Assembly: GCA_963827235.1 (NCBI GenBank)
Contig: CAWHAE010000010.1
Span: forward strand, 928,001-992,000
Direction: 5' to 3'
Source of the DNA: an uncultured bacterium
Lineage (GTDB): Bacteria; Chloroflexota; UBA5177; JANWHV01
Length of the DNA: 64,000 nt
Below, piece by piece: positions 27,948 to 37,900 of the stretch; within the stretch, counting starts at the first letter, position 1; each line of letters opens with the position of its first letter. The notes under the pieces were generated by a model. The model saw only the letters and a list, made by a program, of their open reading frames with translations. It ran no database searches and was not told where the DNA came from. The translations under genes were made by a program, and so were the position numbers.

Positions 27948-29221
27948 ACGCCGGAACGCGCGTCACAAGATCGGCCGCCAGGGTTACCCCGATGATCCCG
28001 CGTCTGTGGTCGGCCACTGTCGTCCACGCCTGGCTGCCCATGGCGCCGGCAGTGGTCCTGATGCTCATCGGCTTCGTGCGCATCCTGCCGGCCGTCTCGC
28101 TGGCGCATCAGGACCAGTTCGCCCTCGTCGCCTCGAGCCATCTCGCGTGGTCCGACATCGCCAGCATCTACGGGCGGGCCGACCTCAGCGGGCATGCATT
28201 TCCCTATGTTCACGGTCACTCGCTTGAATACCCGGTCTTGACCGGTGTCGTATTCTGGATGGCCGGCTTCGCCGGCTACGCATCGGATGCAACGCCGGCC
28301 TTCATCGTCAACTACGTCCTGCTGGCCTGCGCGGGCCTCGGCCTCGTGGCGCTGATCGCGAGGCAGCCGGGAGCGAACCCGTGGCTGATGGCCTGTTCGC
28401 CGGCCCTCGCCCTCTACACGGGCGCCAACTGGGATCTTCTGGCCCTTCTGCCCGGGATCGCGGCCCTGATCCTGTACGAAGAGGAACGCGACACCTGGGC
28501 CACGGTTCTGCTCGCGGCGAGCGTGTGGCTCAAGTTCTTCGCCATACTGTGGCTGCCGCTGGTCGTAGTTGCGCGCTGGCGCGCCGGGAAACACGCCGCC
28601 GCCCTGAGAGTCGCCGGCCTCTTCGCGGCGTTGAGCGCCCTGGTCAACCTTCCATTTGCATTGCGGGACGACTATGAGTGGGGCCTCTTCTTCTCGTTCA
28701 ACCGCGAACGCAGTCCGGAAGTGAATTTCTGGACCATCCTGCGCGACTACCATCTCGGCGTGGACACCATCAATCTGCTCTCACTGGTCACCGTCCTGAT
28801 CGCCATGGCCCTCCTGGCGCTGGCGCAGTGGCGCAGCCCTCGCAGCATCCTGCTTCCGGCCGCGGCGATTATCCTCTCCGTCGATTTCTTCATCGGCAAG
28901 GTCTACAGCCCGCAGTACTTCATCTGGCTGTTGCCATTTGCGGCCCTGCTGGCCGCGCCGTTCTGGCTGTGGGTTGCGCTGGCCTTCATCGACCTGCTGT
29001 ACTACGTGGCCAGCTTTCAGATCCTCTATATGACCAAGGTTCCCGGTGACGCCGCGGTCGGCTCCCTCTCGGCCTGGGACTTCGATCACGTGCTGACACC
29101 GTCCATGGAGGCTCGCGAATTCCTCTTCCTCGTGCTCATCTGCTGGTTGGTCGTGGCGCGCCTGCTCCGCCGCGAACCGCTGCAAGCGCAGGCCCGGCCC
29201 GGCCATACCCGGCCGGCGTGA
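27944..29221 (+). CDS. GT-C glycosyltransferase family 87 (DUF2029/PimE-like)
   Basis: GTG overlaps the upstream stop. WSDIASIY, LEYPVLTG, NWDLLA, WLKFFA and KVYSPQYFIWL. Confidence 0.82.
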   Translation: MNAGTRVTRSAARVTPMIPRLWSATVVHAWLPMAPAVVLMLIGFVRILPAVSLAHQDQFALVASSHLAWSDIASIYGRADLSGHAFPYVHGHSLEYPVLTGVVFWMAGFAGYASDATPAFIVNYVLLACAGLGLVALIARQPGANPWLMACSPALALYTGANWDLLALLPGIAALILYEEERDTWATVLLAASVWLKFFAILWLPLVVVARWRAGKHAAALRVAGLFAALSALVNLPFALRDDYEWGLFFSFNRERSPEVNFWTILRDYHLGVDTINLLSLVTVLIAMALLALAQWRSPRSILLPAAAIILSVDFFIGKVYSPQYFIWLLPFAALLAAPFWLWVALAFIDLLYYVASFQILYMTKVPGDAAVGSLSAWDFDHVLTPSMEAREFLFLVLICWLVVARLLRREPLQAQARPGHTRPA

Positions 29222-30531
29222 CCGCGACAAGACAGGACAGCCCGTTCGCGACCGGCAGCGGCGGGGGACGCCTCGCGCCGGTGGACGGCCTTCGCGGCCT
29301 GGCGATTCTTCTGGTTCTGCTCGCGCACGTCCACCAGGCGGTGGGCTACCCGTACATCGCGGATCCTGCCGTATTTGCCTCCGTGGATTTTGCCAGGAGC
29401 GGCGTCGACCTGTTCTTCGTGCTGAGCGGCTTCTGCCTGTATTACCCGCTCACCAAGCCGGGCGCCAAGCCTCGCTGGCGCACATTCTTTTGGCGCCGCG
29501 CCAGGCGTCTCCTGCCGCCCTATTACGCGGCGCTAGCACTGGTAGTCTTCGCGCCGTTGGCAATCCGGCCGGCGGCGGCTCGGCTCGGCGCGCTGGTAGT
29601 GTCGAGCTCACCGCCCGATTGGCATCAGGTCTGGACGCATCTCACCATGACACACCCGTTTTTCGCGGATGCATTCTATGGGCTGGACAGTCCACTGTGG
29701 TCTCTGGGCGTGGAATGGCAGTTCTATCTGGCCTTCCCGCTCGCAGTGTGGCTGGTCGCGAGGCTCGAGTGGCGAGGGGTGGCGCTGGTGGGCTGCGCGA
29801 CCTTGGCCTACAGGCAGCTCGTTATGGTCGCCCCGGCGCCTGTGCCGTCAATACCGTTCGACATCGCGGAGATCTTCCCCAGCCGCTGGCTCGAGTTCGT
29901 GATGGGCATGCTGGTGGCCATGCAGCTGCGCCGCGCCGGCACCGGTGGGGTCCCGCGCTACCGCGAGGCGTTCGACCTAGCCGGTACGTGCGCGGTGTTC
30001 GTTGTCGCCTCGTACTACCTGTACGGCCCTCTGGAAAATGCTCCCTACGCGCACAAGGACCTCCTGTTCAGCGTGTGTTGGGCCATGGTGGTCTATCTCA
30101 CCTGCCGCGAGGGCAGTGTCGTCTCCGCCGTGTTCTCCTGGCGTCCGCTGGTCTGGCTGGGCACTATCTCCTACAGCGTCTACCTGCTGCACTTTCCCAT
30201 CATCTTCGCACTGGCGCCGCCCGTGAATGCCCTGCACGCCGAGAGCTACGCACAGCTGATGATCCTGGCGGCAATCTCATTGCCGGCGGTGATAGGCTGC
30301 TCGGCGGTGTTCTACCACTACGTGGAGCGCCCGTTCTTGAACACGGCGCCGGCTGCGCCCAGCCAGCGTGCGCTCAGCAGCAGTCCTGCGAGCGAGGAGG
30401 ACGCGCGGGAGAGAGCGGAACAGTCGATGCCGCACTCGGACTTCGTCGGTGAGCCCGTGCCGTCACGCTCGATGGCCCGCAGGAGCGGTGCCTGGCCCAC
30501 GCCATCGGGCAGCCGGGGTCGCGCGCGGTGA
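29218..30531 (+). CDS. Acyltransferase family 3 (OafA-like)
   Basis: VDGLRGLAILLV..H, GVDLFFVLSGF, RRARRLLPPYY, WSLGVEWQFYL, LGTISYSVYLLH and VERP. Confidence 0.92.
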   Translation: MTATRQDSPFATGSGGGRLAPVDGLRGLAILLVLLAHVHQAVGYPYIADPAVFASVDFARSGVDLFFVLSGFCLYYPLTKPGAKPRWRTFFWRRARRLLPPYYAALALVVFAPLAIRPAAARLGALVVSSSPPDWHQVWTHLTMTHPFFADAFYGLDSPLWSLGVEWQFYLAFPLAVWLVARLEWRGVALVGCATLAYRQLVMVAPAPVPSIPFDIAEIFPSRWLEFVMGMLVAMQLRRAGTGGVPRYREAFDLAGTCAVFVVASYYLYGPLENAPYAHKDLLFSVCWAMVVYLTCREGSVVSAVFSWRPLVWLGTISYSVYLLHFPIIFALAPPVNALHAESYAQLMILAAISLPAVIGCSAVFYHYVERPFLNTAPAAPSQRALSSSPASEEDARERAEQSMPHSDFVGEPVPSRSMARRSGAWPTPSGSRGRAR

Positions 30532-30583
30532 GTTACGTGAAGAACAGCGATGGGATGCGGACCTCGAAGCGCGGACGAGCGCC

Positions 30584-30970
30584 CTACAGGTCCTCGAAAT
30601 GCCGATCGAAGCTGTAGATCTCGCCCGAACCCTTCTCGCGCATCACCGCGACTGCGAGTGCGTCGGCAAAATCCAGCTCCTTATGCAGGGCAAACAGCTC
30701 CAGTGCAGCCAGGCAAACCCGCTTGTTAGTGATCCTGAGATGCTTCATCATCAGCAGCGGGCGCAGCCTGTCACGAATATCCGGGTGGCTGAGCCCGTAC
30801 AGGCTCTTGGATGCAAGCACGCAGATGACCTCGTGAATATGGACATCCGTCGTGCATGCCTCCTCATTTCCGTCAGCCACTCTACGAATGATCTGTGCCG
30901 AGAGGGACGCGGCGCCAGGATCGTCCGTCGTCAGGTATCGCAACAGGATATTGCTGTCTATGAATCGCAT
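30584..30970 (-). CDS. vapC: PIN-domain VapC toxin
   Basis: FIDSNILLRYL, E, LDFADAL and IYSFDRHF. Confidence 0.88.
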   Translation of the reverse strand: MRFIDSNILLRYLTTDDPGAASLSAQIIRRVADGNEEACTTDVHIHEVICVLASKSLYGLSHPDIRDRLRPLLMMKHLRITNKRVCLAALELFALHKELDFADALAVAVMREKGSGEIYSFDRHFEDL

Positions 30971-30973
30971 TGA

Positions 30974-31240
30974 CTACATGCCTGTCATCTCTTCGTAGAC
31001 GCCCCTGGAGTGCTCTTCGCCGGCCAGGCCGAACATGTCCTCGAGTGATTTTCGCTCGGCCAGCGGAGGCACCGAGCCGCGGACGCTCTCGACAGTGTAG
31101 CGCGAGGGCACAATACGAACGCTGTCACCCTCTACTTCAAAGGTCACCTTTTCCTTCGGCTTCACGCCCAGCAACTTGCGAATCTCGGCGGGCAGCGTCA
31201 CCTGTCCCCGCACGGTCAGCGTAGTGTAGTACCGCTGCAT
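30974..31240 (-). CDS. AbrB/MazE/SpoVT-family antitoxin
   Basis: TLTVRGQVTLPAEIRKLLGVKPKEKVTF, immediately upstream of the PIN toxin. Confidence 0.88.
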   Translation of the reverse strand: MQRYYTTLTVRGQVTLPAEIRKLLGVKPKEKVTFEVEGDSVRIVPSRYTVESVRGSVPPLAERKSLEDMFGLAGEEHSRGVYEEMTGM

Positions 31241-31610
31241 TCTACCGTCCTTAAGCTCGTTTCTCGCCTCAGTGATTGTCGCACGATTTCGTCGCGGGTG
31301 TATCCAATTCGTGACCGATCTTGGCGCAATAGCAATCGCCACGCTTCCGCGACCCGCACCCGGACACTACCACCCCCTCGATCCGGGCGCTGCGCGGACC
31401 CAGCACGGCAGCCTATGTGCAGAGCCGTTACTCTGAATTTAGCCAGGTAGCACCGGTACCTCGAGGCAGGTTCGTGCGCTCCCCAGCTCCCCGTCGAATA
31501 GGGAGTCCGCTCTTTCGCCAGGTCGCTGCTTCGCCGGCAATCGGTCGAAGGCGGGGCCGGCAACAGATCCAGAAGGAGGTGCCGCTGTCGGCAGCAAAGA
31601 GCTTCTCACC

Positions 31611-32864
31611 GTGCTCATCTTCGCGGCCACGCTGGTGGCGGTGCTCACGCGGCCGCGCAACGTGTCTGAAGGCATGTCGGCGGCCCTCGGCGCGGCGGTG
31701 CTGCTGCTTACCGGCTGCGCGGGCTGGAACGACCTGGTCGCCGTGTTGGGTGATAACCTGACCGTGCTCGCCTTCTTCCTCGGCATGATGACTCTCACCA
31801 CGTTGGCCGAGGAGGCAAGGGTGTTCGAGCGCATGGCAGCAGGCGCCGCGGCGCTGGCCGGCGGCAGCCCCAGGCGACTGTTCCTGAACGTGTTTGGGCT
31901 TGGGGTGATCATCTCGACCTTCCTGACAAACGACGCCACGGCGCTGATCGTCACACCGATCGTGTACGCGTTGGTCACTCGCCTGCGACTCGATCCGCTC
32001 CCCTATGTCTTCGCCTGCACCTTCGTCGCCGACACCGCCTCCATGACCTTGCCGATCAGCAACCCAATCAACATCATCCTGGGCCAGCGCTTCCACGTCC
32101 TTTCTCTGGGCGGCTATCTGCACTACCTCCTTCTGCCCAGCCTCTGTGCCATAGTCATCAACACGGCAGGCTTCGCCTTCCTCTTTCGCAACCGGTTGCA
32201 GGGCACGTTCAGCGCGCCGCGCAGCCAGGGCATCCTGGAGCCCGCTGAGCGCCGCGCCTTTCTCATCGCGGTCGCCGTGCTGGTCCTGGTGGGCGTGGCC
32301 TTCGTTGCGGCATCCGGATTACCCGGATCGCCGGTCGGGGCGGTGGCCATGGCAGGCGCGGCCACGCTGCTCGTGGCTACTCGAATGCAGGGACGGCTCG
32401 TCTGGAGGCGTCTGGCCGGCGGCATATCCTGGGGCATATTCCCCTTCGTCGCCGGCACCTTCCTGCTGGTGCGCGGTCTGGAGCGCCAGGGCGTCGCATC
32501 GCAGCTGGGCCACCTTCTGGGCATGCTGGCCGGGCATGGTACGATCCAGGCAGCGCTGAGCGCGACCTTCTTCGGCGCGCTGTGCAGCAACCTGATCAAT
32601 AACGTGCCTGCCGTAGCGGTGATCAGCGCAGCCATCCCTACGCTGCACCACGTGCCGCGGTCGGCGATTGTCTACGGCACGATTGTCGGGTGCGATCTCG
32701 GGCCCAATCTCACGGTGACGGGATCGCTCTCCACGATGATCTGGCTGCTCATCCTGCGGCGCAGGAACATGGACGTTTCCGCGCTCGACTACGCGAAGCT
32801 GGGTCTGGTCGTCACGCCGATCATGCTGCTGGCAAGCGGCTTGATGCTCGGCCTGCTGCTCTGA
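31611..32864 (+). CDS. ArsB/NhaD-family (IT superfamily) anion transporter
   Basis: FLTNDATALIVTP, ADTASMTLPISNPINI, SNLINNVPA and GCDLGPNLTVTGSLSTMIW. Confidence 0.85.
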   Translation: MLIFAATLVAVLTRPRNVSEGMSAALGAAVLLLTGCAGWNDLVAVLGDNLTVLAFFLGMMTLTTLAEEARVFERMAAGAAALAGGSPRRLFLNVFGLGVIISTFLTNDATALIVTPIVYALVTRLRLDPLPYVFACTFVADTASMTLPISNPINIILGQRFHVLSLGGYLHYLLLPSLCAIVINTAGFAFLFRNRLQGTFSAPRSQGILEPAERRAFLIAVAVLVLVGVAFVAASGLPGSPVGAVAMAGAATLLVATRMQGRLVWRRLAGGISWGIFPFVAGTFLLVRGLERQGVASQLGHLLGMLAGHGTIQAALSATFFGALCSNLINNVPAVAVISAAIPTLHHVPRSAIVYGTIVGCDLGPNLTVTGSLSTMIWLLILRRRNMDVSALDYAKLGLVVTPIMLLASGLMLGLLL

Positions 32865-32881
32865 GCGGGAAGGAGCCGCGA

Positions 32882-33409
32882 GTGAAACACATTGTTGCCT
32901 GCGACGGGCGCGGCCAGGCTGCCTTCCTGAGCCGGGTCGAGCGTGTCATGGCCCTGGAAGGAGCTGAGGTGTTGTTCGCGCACGTGGTCGACGAGGCCTT
33001 CGAGGAGGGTTGGCGAGAGTTGGCGGGCCATCACTGGCTTGGACGGCAGCCCGGCCCGCGCGAGGGATCCCGTTTCAAAGAAGCCGTGGCAGGCTCGGCG
33101 AGCGAGATTCTGGAAGAAGCAATGGCCTTATCGAGCCACTGGCCGGCCGCCGTCCGGCGACCAGTCGAACTGCGCGGCAACCCCGAGCGCCGGCTGGTGC
33201 GCCTGGCGCTGGCAGAGGAAGTGGACACCATAGTGGTAGGGCAGCATCGTATCGAGCTTGGCCCCGGCGCCCTGGGGCGCTGCGCTCGTTTCGTGGTCGA
33301 CCACGCGCCCTGCGCCGTGCTTCTGGTGCGCGACGAAGGTGTACGGCAGGCGGCAACCAGTCTGCTCGGCAGGCGCCTCGATGAACCGCCGAAGGCACGG
33401 CCGCGGTGA
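32882..33409 (+). CDS. Universal stress protein
   Basis: GTG 32882. HVVD, GNPERRLV, IVVG and LGRCARFVVDHAPCAVLLVR. Confidence 0.85.
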   Translation: MKHIVACDGRGQAAFLSRVERVMALEGAEVLFAHVVDEAFEEGWRELAGHHWLGRQPGPREGSRFKEAVAGSASEILEEAMALSSHWPAAVRRPVELRGNPERRLVRLALAEEVDTIVVGQHRIELGPGALGRCARFVVDHAPCAVLLVRDEGVRQAATSLLGRRLDEPPKARPR

Positions 33410-33427
33410 GGCGACCGCTGGTCGCCT

Positions 33428-34402
33428 TCAGGCGCAACGCTCCTCCAGCGCGTCGCAGGCTTCCGCGCACACGGGGTCGAACTGCGTACCCGCGCCCTCC
33501 TGCAATATGCGAATTGCCGTTTCGCGCGAGCGCGGTTTCTGGTACGGTCGGCCGGCCACCACGGCGTCGTAGGTGTCCGCCACCGCGAGGATGCGTGAGA
33601 AGAACGGTATCGACTTTGCCTCCAGGCGATCCGGGTATCCTCTGCCGTCCCATCGTTCATGATGGTGCCGCACAGGAAGAGCCAGGCCGGCGAGCTGAGG
33701 ATGGTGGCTGACCAGCAGCTCGGACACCGCCGAGTGCCGCCGCATACACACCCATTCTTCCGGATCCAGAGCCCCCGGCTTGTCCAGGATAGCGACCGGC
33801 ACCGAGATCTTGCCAAGGTCGTGAAGCAGTCCAACCAGCTCCAGGTCAAGCAGATCGGCTGCGTCCAGGCGGAGAGCCGCGCCGAGCGAGCGAGCGAAGG
33901 TCGCCACTTGCACCGAGTGACGCACCGTCTCCGCATGGTGCTGTCCCAGCAGACGCAGTAACGAGAGTGCCGTGGCTCGCACGGATTGTACTCGGTCCGT
34001 CGCTGCCGTGACCAGGTGCTGTATATGGCTGGCGTGGTCCTCCGCATAGCGAACGCGGTGCCACGCGTCGGCGGCTCCCGCGGGCCAGGTGAGCACGAAT
34101 ACGCAACAGAGCTGGCGCCGGTCATAGATCGGCACCGCCACTCCCGAACCCTCGCTCACCAGCTCGCCCCGCTGCAGTGCCAGCGCTGCCGGCCCGGTAG
34201 CAGATAGTCTATGTCCCTGCACGCCGCTCGCATCGCGCAGGTTGCCTCCGGGTCCGACGCACAAGAGACGTGCCAGACGCCCCTCGGTGCCGGCCCGGCC
34301 GAGGACCGCCCGCAACTCGGGCAGCAGCTGGCGGTCCTCGCCTGCAGTTGGAAAGAGAGCAATATCAAGATCCGGCAACACGGGAGAGCTGCTCAATGCC
34401 AT
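33428..34402 (-). CDS. HD-GYP cyclic-dinucleotide phosphodiesterase with degenerate GAF-like N-terminus
   Basis: HSVQVA, LLHDLGKI, ILDKPGAL..EEW, HHHERWDGRGYP, RILAVADTYDA..RPY and GTQFDP. Confidence 0.92.
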   Translation of the reverse strand: MALSSSPVLPDLDIALFPTAGEDRQLLPELRAVLGRAGTEGRLARLLCVGPGGNLRDASGVQGHRLSATGPAALALQRGELVSEGSGVAVPIYDRRQLCCVFVLTWPAGAADAWHRVRYAEDHASHIQHLVTAATDRVQSVRATALSLLRLLGQHHAETVRHSVQVATFARSLGAALRLDAADLLDLELVGLLHDLGKISVPVAILDKPGALDPEEWVCMRRHSAVSELLVSHHPQLAGLALPVRHHHERWDGRGYPDRLEAKSIPFFSRILAVADTYDAVVAGRPYQKPRSRETAIRILQEGAGTQFDPVCAEACDALEERCA

Positions 34403-34640
34403 ACGTCATCCCATATAGGCGGGAGCTCAACGCCCGCGCAAAGGCCACAAGATCCACCGCTCGTAGATCGGCGATACGCGCTGCCTCAGTAGCACTGAGC
34501 CCGAAGGCCAGCGCCGTGGGCCCAGGATCGCGCAGCAGCCGCCGTGCCAACTCGCGATCGAGAAACGCGGTTCCTAGAAGGCGCTCGATGCCCTGCTCCA
34601 CGGGCGGGACACCGCGGCGCCCGTTGGCGCTACCGGCCAT
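34365..34640 (-). CDS. Small protein resembling an NHLP-clan (nitrile hydratase leader-like) domain
   Basis: ATG 34640 after GGAGAGGGA. IERLLGTAFLDRELARRLLRDPGPTALAFGLSATEAARI fits the L.G.A..D..F...L..DP......Y/FGL...E pattern. Overlaps the HD-GYP start. Confidence 0.65.
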   Translation of the reverse strand: MAGSANGRRGVPPVEQGIERLLGTAFLDRELARRLLRDPGPTALAFGLSATEAARIADLRAVDLVAFARALSSRLYGMTYGIEQLSRVAGS

Positions 34641-34679
34641 CTTCGTCCCTCTCCAGGAGCGAACGCGACTGCGCACCGG

Positions 34680-34853
34680 CTAGTCCTGCGTGTTTACCAC
34701 CACCGGGGTCGCGGTGGGCGCAATCACAACACCAAAGATAGGAGGGCTGCCGGCGCCGCCACCAGCGTGCACGGGCACGATCTGCAACCCTGCTCCCGCG
34801 CTTACCGCCACCAGAACCATCGCCGCCACCACTCTACGCATTCGTCGAGACAC
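34680..34853 (-). CDS. Small secreted peptide (Sec signal + 27-aa mature peptide)
   Basis: GTG 34853 after AAGGGAG (alternative ATG 34841): MSRRMRR-VVAAMVLVAVSAGAGL-QIVPVHA|GGGAGSPPIFGVVIAPTATPVVVNTQD. Confidence 0.6.
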   Translation of the reverse strand: MSRRMRRVVAAMVLVAVSAGAGLQIVPVHAGGGAGSPPIFGVVIAPTATPVVVNTQD

Positions 34854-34890
34854 CGCTCTACTCCCTTCGTTCCTAAACTCCGGAGAAATG

Positions 34891-34905
34891 TCCCCCATTG
34901 GGGGA
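34891..34905. promoter_or_regulatory. Inverted repeat in the divergent promoter region, candidate operator
   Basis: TCCCCC-ATT-GGGGGA between the peptide gene and the regulator gene. Confidence 0.35.
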
Positions 34906-34990
34906 AAGGAAACGCAACCGAATTGCGCTACAGTAGGAGCATATCAGTGCACTTCCGGCCAAAGTCTTGGCAAATCTCAGGAGAAAGCCC

Positions 34991-37900
34991 GTGCCATTGC
35001 CCGCTGGCACCCCGCGTCCCAGGCTGCCGCGCGCCAAAGTTGCGCCGCCGAGTGGCGGCGGGTTGATCAGCCGCCCCCGCCTCAGCCGGCGTCTCGACCA
35101 GGGACGCTCCGGCGGCGTGACTATCCTCGTCGCTCCCGGCGGCTCCGGCAAGACGTCACTTGTCGCCGCCTGGCTCCGAGAATGTCTGCTGCCCGCCGCC
35201 TGGTACGCGCTCGACGAGGCGGACAGGGATGGCACTCGCTTCCTGTGCGGCATAGCGGCCGCCCTGGACTACGCCCGTCCCGGCGCGTGCGCCGCCGCGT
35301 TCGCCGCCCTGGACGCGGGCGAACCCGCCGCCGCGGTAGTGACCGCCCTCGCTGCCTGCCTGGAGGATGCGCCCACCGCGCTCGTGCTCGACGATTTCCA
35401 CTGCGTCGATGGCTCGGCCGCCGTGGTCGACGCGCTCGACCGACTGCTTCGCTACGCTCCCTCCAACTTCACCCTTGTCGTGCTCTCGCGGACAGTCCCT
35501 GCCCTGCGTTTCTCCTCCCTTCTCCAGGGCGGCGGGCTGTACGGCTTGACAGGCGACGACCTTCGCTTCGAGCCCGACGAAGCCGAGCAGCTTCTGGCGG
35601 CGCATCGCCTGCCGACGGAGGCGACCGCGCAGCTCACCACCCGTAGCGGCGGCTGGGCTGCAGGCCTGCTCCTCCTGGCACAGGCCGACAGCGACTCCCT
35701 GAGCTTCCTTCGAGGCAGCGGCGAAGCAGCGTTCGCCGCCCTGGGTGCCGACCTTCTGCACGCCCTGCCTCCATCCCTGGCCACATTCGCCATGGAGTCC
35801 GCCGCGCTCTGCCCTGCATCCAGCGAACAGATCGCCGCGCTGCTGGCGCGCCGAGACGCCGCCGAGGCCTGCGCCGACCTGCGCAAAGCCGGCTTCTTCC
35901 TCACCGAGAACCAGGATGGTGTCCTCTGCTATCACGCGCTGCTTGCCGATTACCTCAGGGTCACGCTGGCGACAGAGTCGCCCGAGCGCTATCGAGCTCT
36001 GCGCCGCCAGCGGGCAGCACTCTGCTGCAACGACGACCAACCGGAGCAGGCCGCCAGCCTGTTGCGCGCCGACCGCGATTGGGAAGCCCTGAGCGAATTG
36101 GTGGAGCGCGAGTTTGGCGACCTGTGGCGACACGGCTCATTCGGCACGATCGCCGCCAGCATCGAGGCTCTGCCGGCCGACCGCCGAACCCCGGACCTGG
36201 CGGCGCGCTGCGGCCATGCCTACCGCAAGCTGGCCGACTTCACCCACGCCATGGAGTGGGCCGATACCGCCCTCGCCGCCGCCGCCGATACCGTGGTCAC
36301 CATTCGCGCCCTGCTGCTCCGTGTGGCGATACTCAATGACTCGGGCCGCTACATCGACGCTCTGCCGGCGCTGAAAGCGTCGGCCCGGCTGGCCGCGACG
36401 TTCGACGACCCGTCCCTCCGCCGGCGCGGCGAGGCGCTTGCCGCGGATACCGAGGGCTTCATCCAGTTCAAGCTGGGCAACACCGCAGCCGGTGAGGTGC
36501 TCTCCGCCCTGGCAGAGCAGTATTATGTCGAGACCGCCGACACCGGCGAGCAGGCGCGCGTGATCACGAACCGGGCCCTCGGCCTGGCGGAAGCCGGGAG
36601 CATGCCCCTGGCCCTTGCTCAGGTCGAACGCGCCCTTCCCCTTTGGGAGTCGTTAGGAGACTCCGGCCAGGTAGCCTTCTGCGGCTACGTGCGCGCCCTG
36701 GCCCTGTTGGCAGGGGGCGAGTCGCGCACCGGACAGGATGAGCTGCAACGAGCCGCCGACGCCCTCGAGCTGGCCGGCAAGCACTGCGCGGCCTGCATTG
36801 CCACCGCCGAGCTAGCACTGGCCATGATCGACGACGGAAACCAGGCGCGCGGCAGCCCACTAGCCGAGAAGACCCTGCATACAGCATTCCGCCTCGACGA
36901 CCAAGAAGCCATCCGCACCTCGTACCGTGCTGCGATCATGGCAGCCATCGCTCGCAAACAGATCGGCGAGGCGAGGCGACTTCTCGCCGAAGCACGTAAC
37001 GAGAGCGCCCCGCCGCCCGATCTGGCCTCCTTTGACTACCTCGAAGGATTGGCCGCCTTGCGGGCCGGCGGGCTGCGCACCGCCTCCGCGACGCTCGCCG
37101 CTGCCGCCGCCGCTCTCACGTCGCTCAAACGCCCACACCTGGCGGCGCGCGCCCTGGTACTGCGCGCCGAGGCCCAGCTCGCCAACGGCAGGGTGCGGAA
37201 CGCCGAAGATGCCTTGAATGCCGGCGCCCGCCTCGCCATGGACAACCGGTGCGAGGGCTACCTCCTGCCCATAGCGCGCTACGCCCGTACCCTCACCAGT
37301 AAACGGCGCGAACTGGTCCGGCTCAACGACGCCGCGCGTGCGCTTCTCCAGCGTTTTGCCGGCGAGACCGCCAGCATTCACCTGCTCGACGAGCAGGACA
37401 GGCGGGAACTTTACTTGGAAGTCATTCCGTTCGGCGAAGGCGTGGTACGAATCGATGGGGACGAGCTGAACCTTGCTCCCTTGAGCCCTAAGGCTCGTGA
37501 GCTTCTCTACTATCTCTCGCTCCGTGGTGAGCCGGTCCGCCGCGAGACGGCAATGGATGCCCTCTGGGCCGAGCACGACGGCGACCGGGCAGCCCGGGCG
37601 CTCTCCGACGCCGCTCACCAGCTTCGCTGCGTGCTTGGCCGCACTGCACTACCGAGCTACCAGCGGCAGATCCGGCTGCACGCCAACGTGTCCGATGCCG
37701 GCCTGCGCTTCGTCGCCGGGGTGGAGGACACCCTGGCGACTGTCAGTGCCGGCAACGAAAACCGGGCGTCCGCTCTGGCAAACGAAGCAGCGGACTATCT
37801 CGAGACCGGCGCGTTCCTGCCCTGGTGCGAAAGCCAGTGGGCGGCACAGGCCCGCGGTCACTACCTGGCCACCGGCTGCCGTCTGGCGGCGCTCTGCGCG

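Noticed and set aside
30584-31240. TA pair as a marker of a mobile element
   Set aside because: No integrase, transposase, terminal repeats or tRNA target nearby.
34365-34853. Classical RiPP biosynthetic cluster
   Set aside because: No modifying enzyme, peptidase-ABC exporter or Cys/Ser-rich core nearby. Kept only as a signalling hypothesis.
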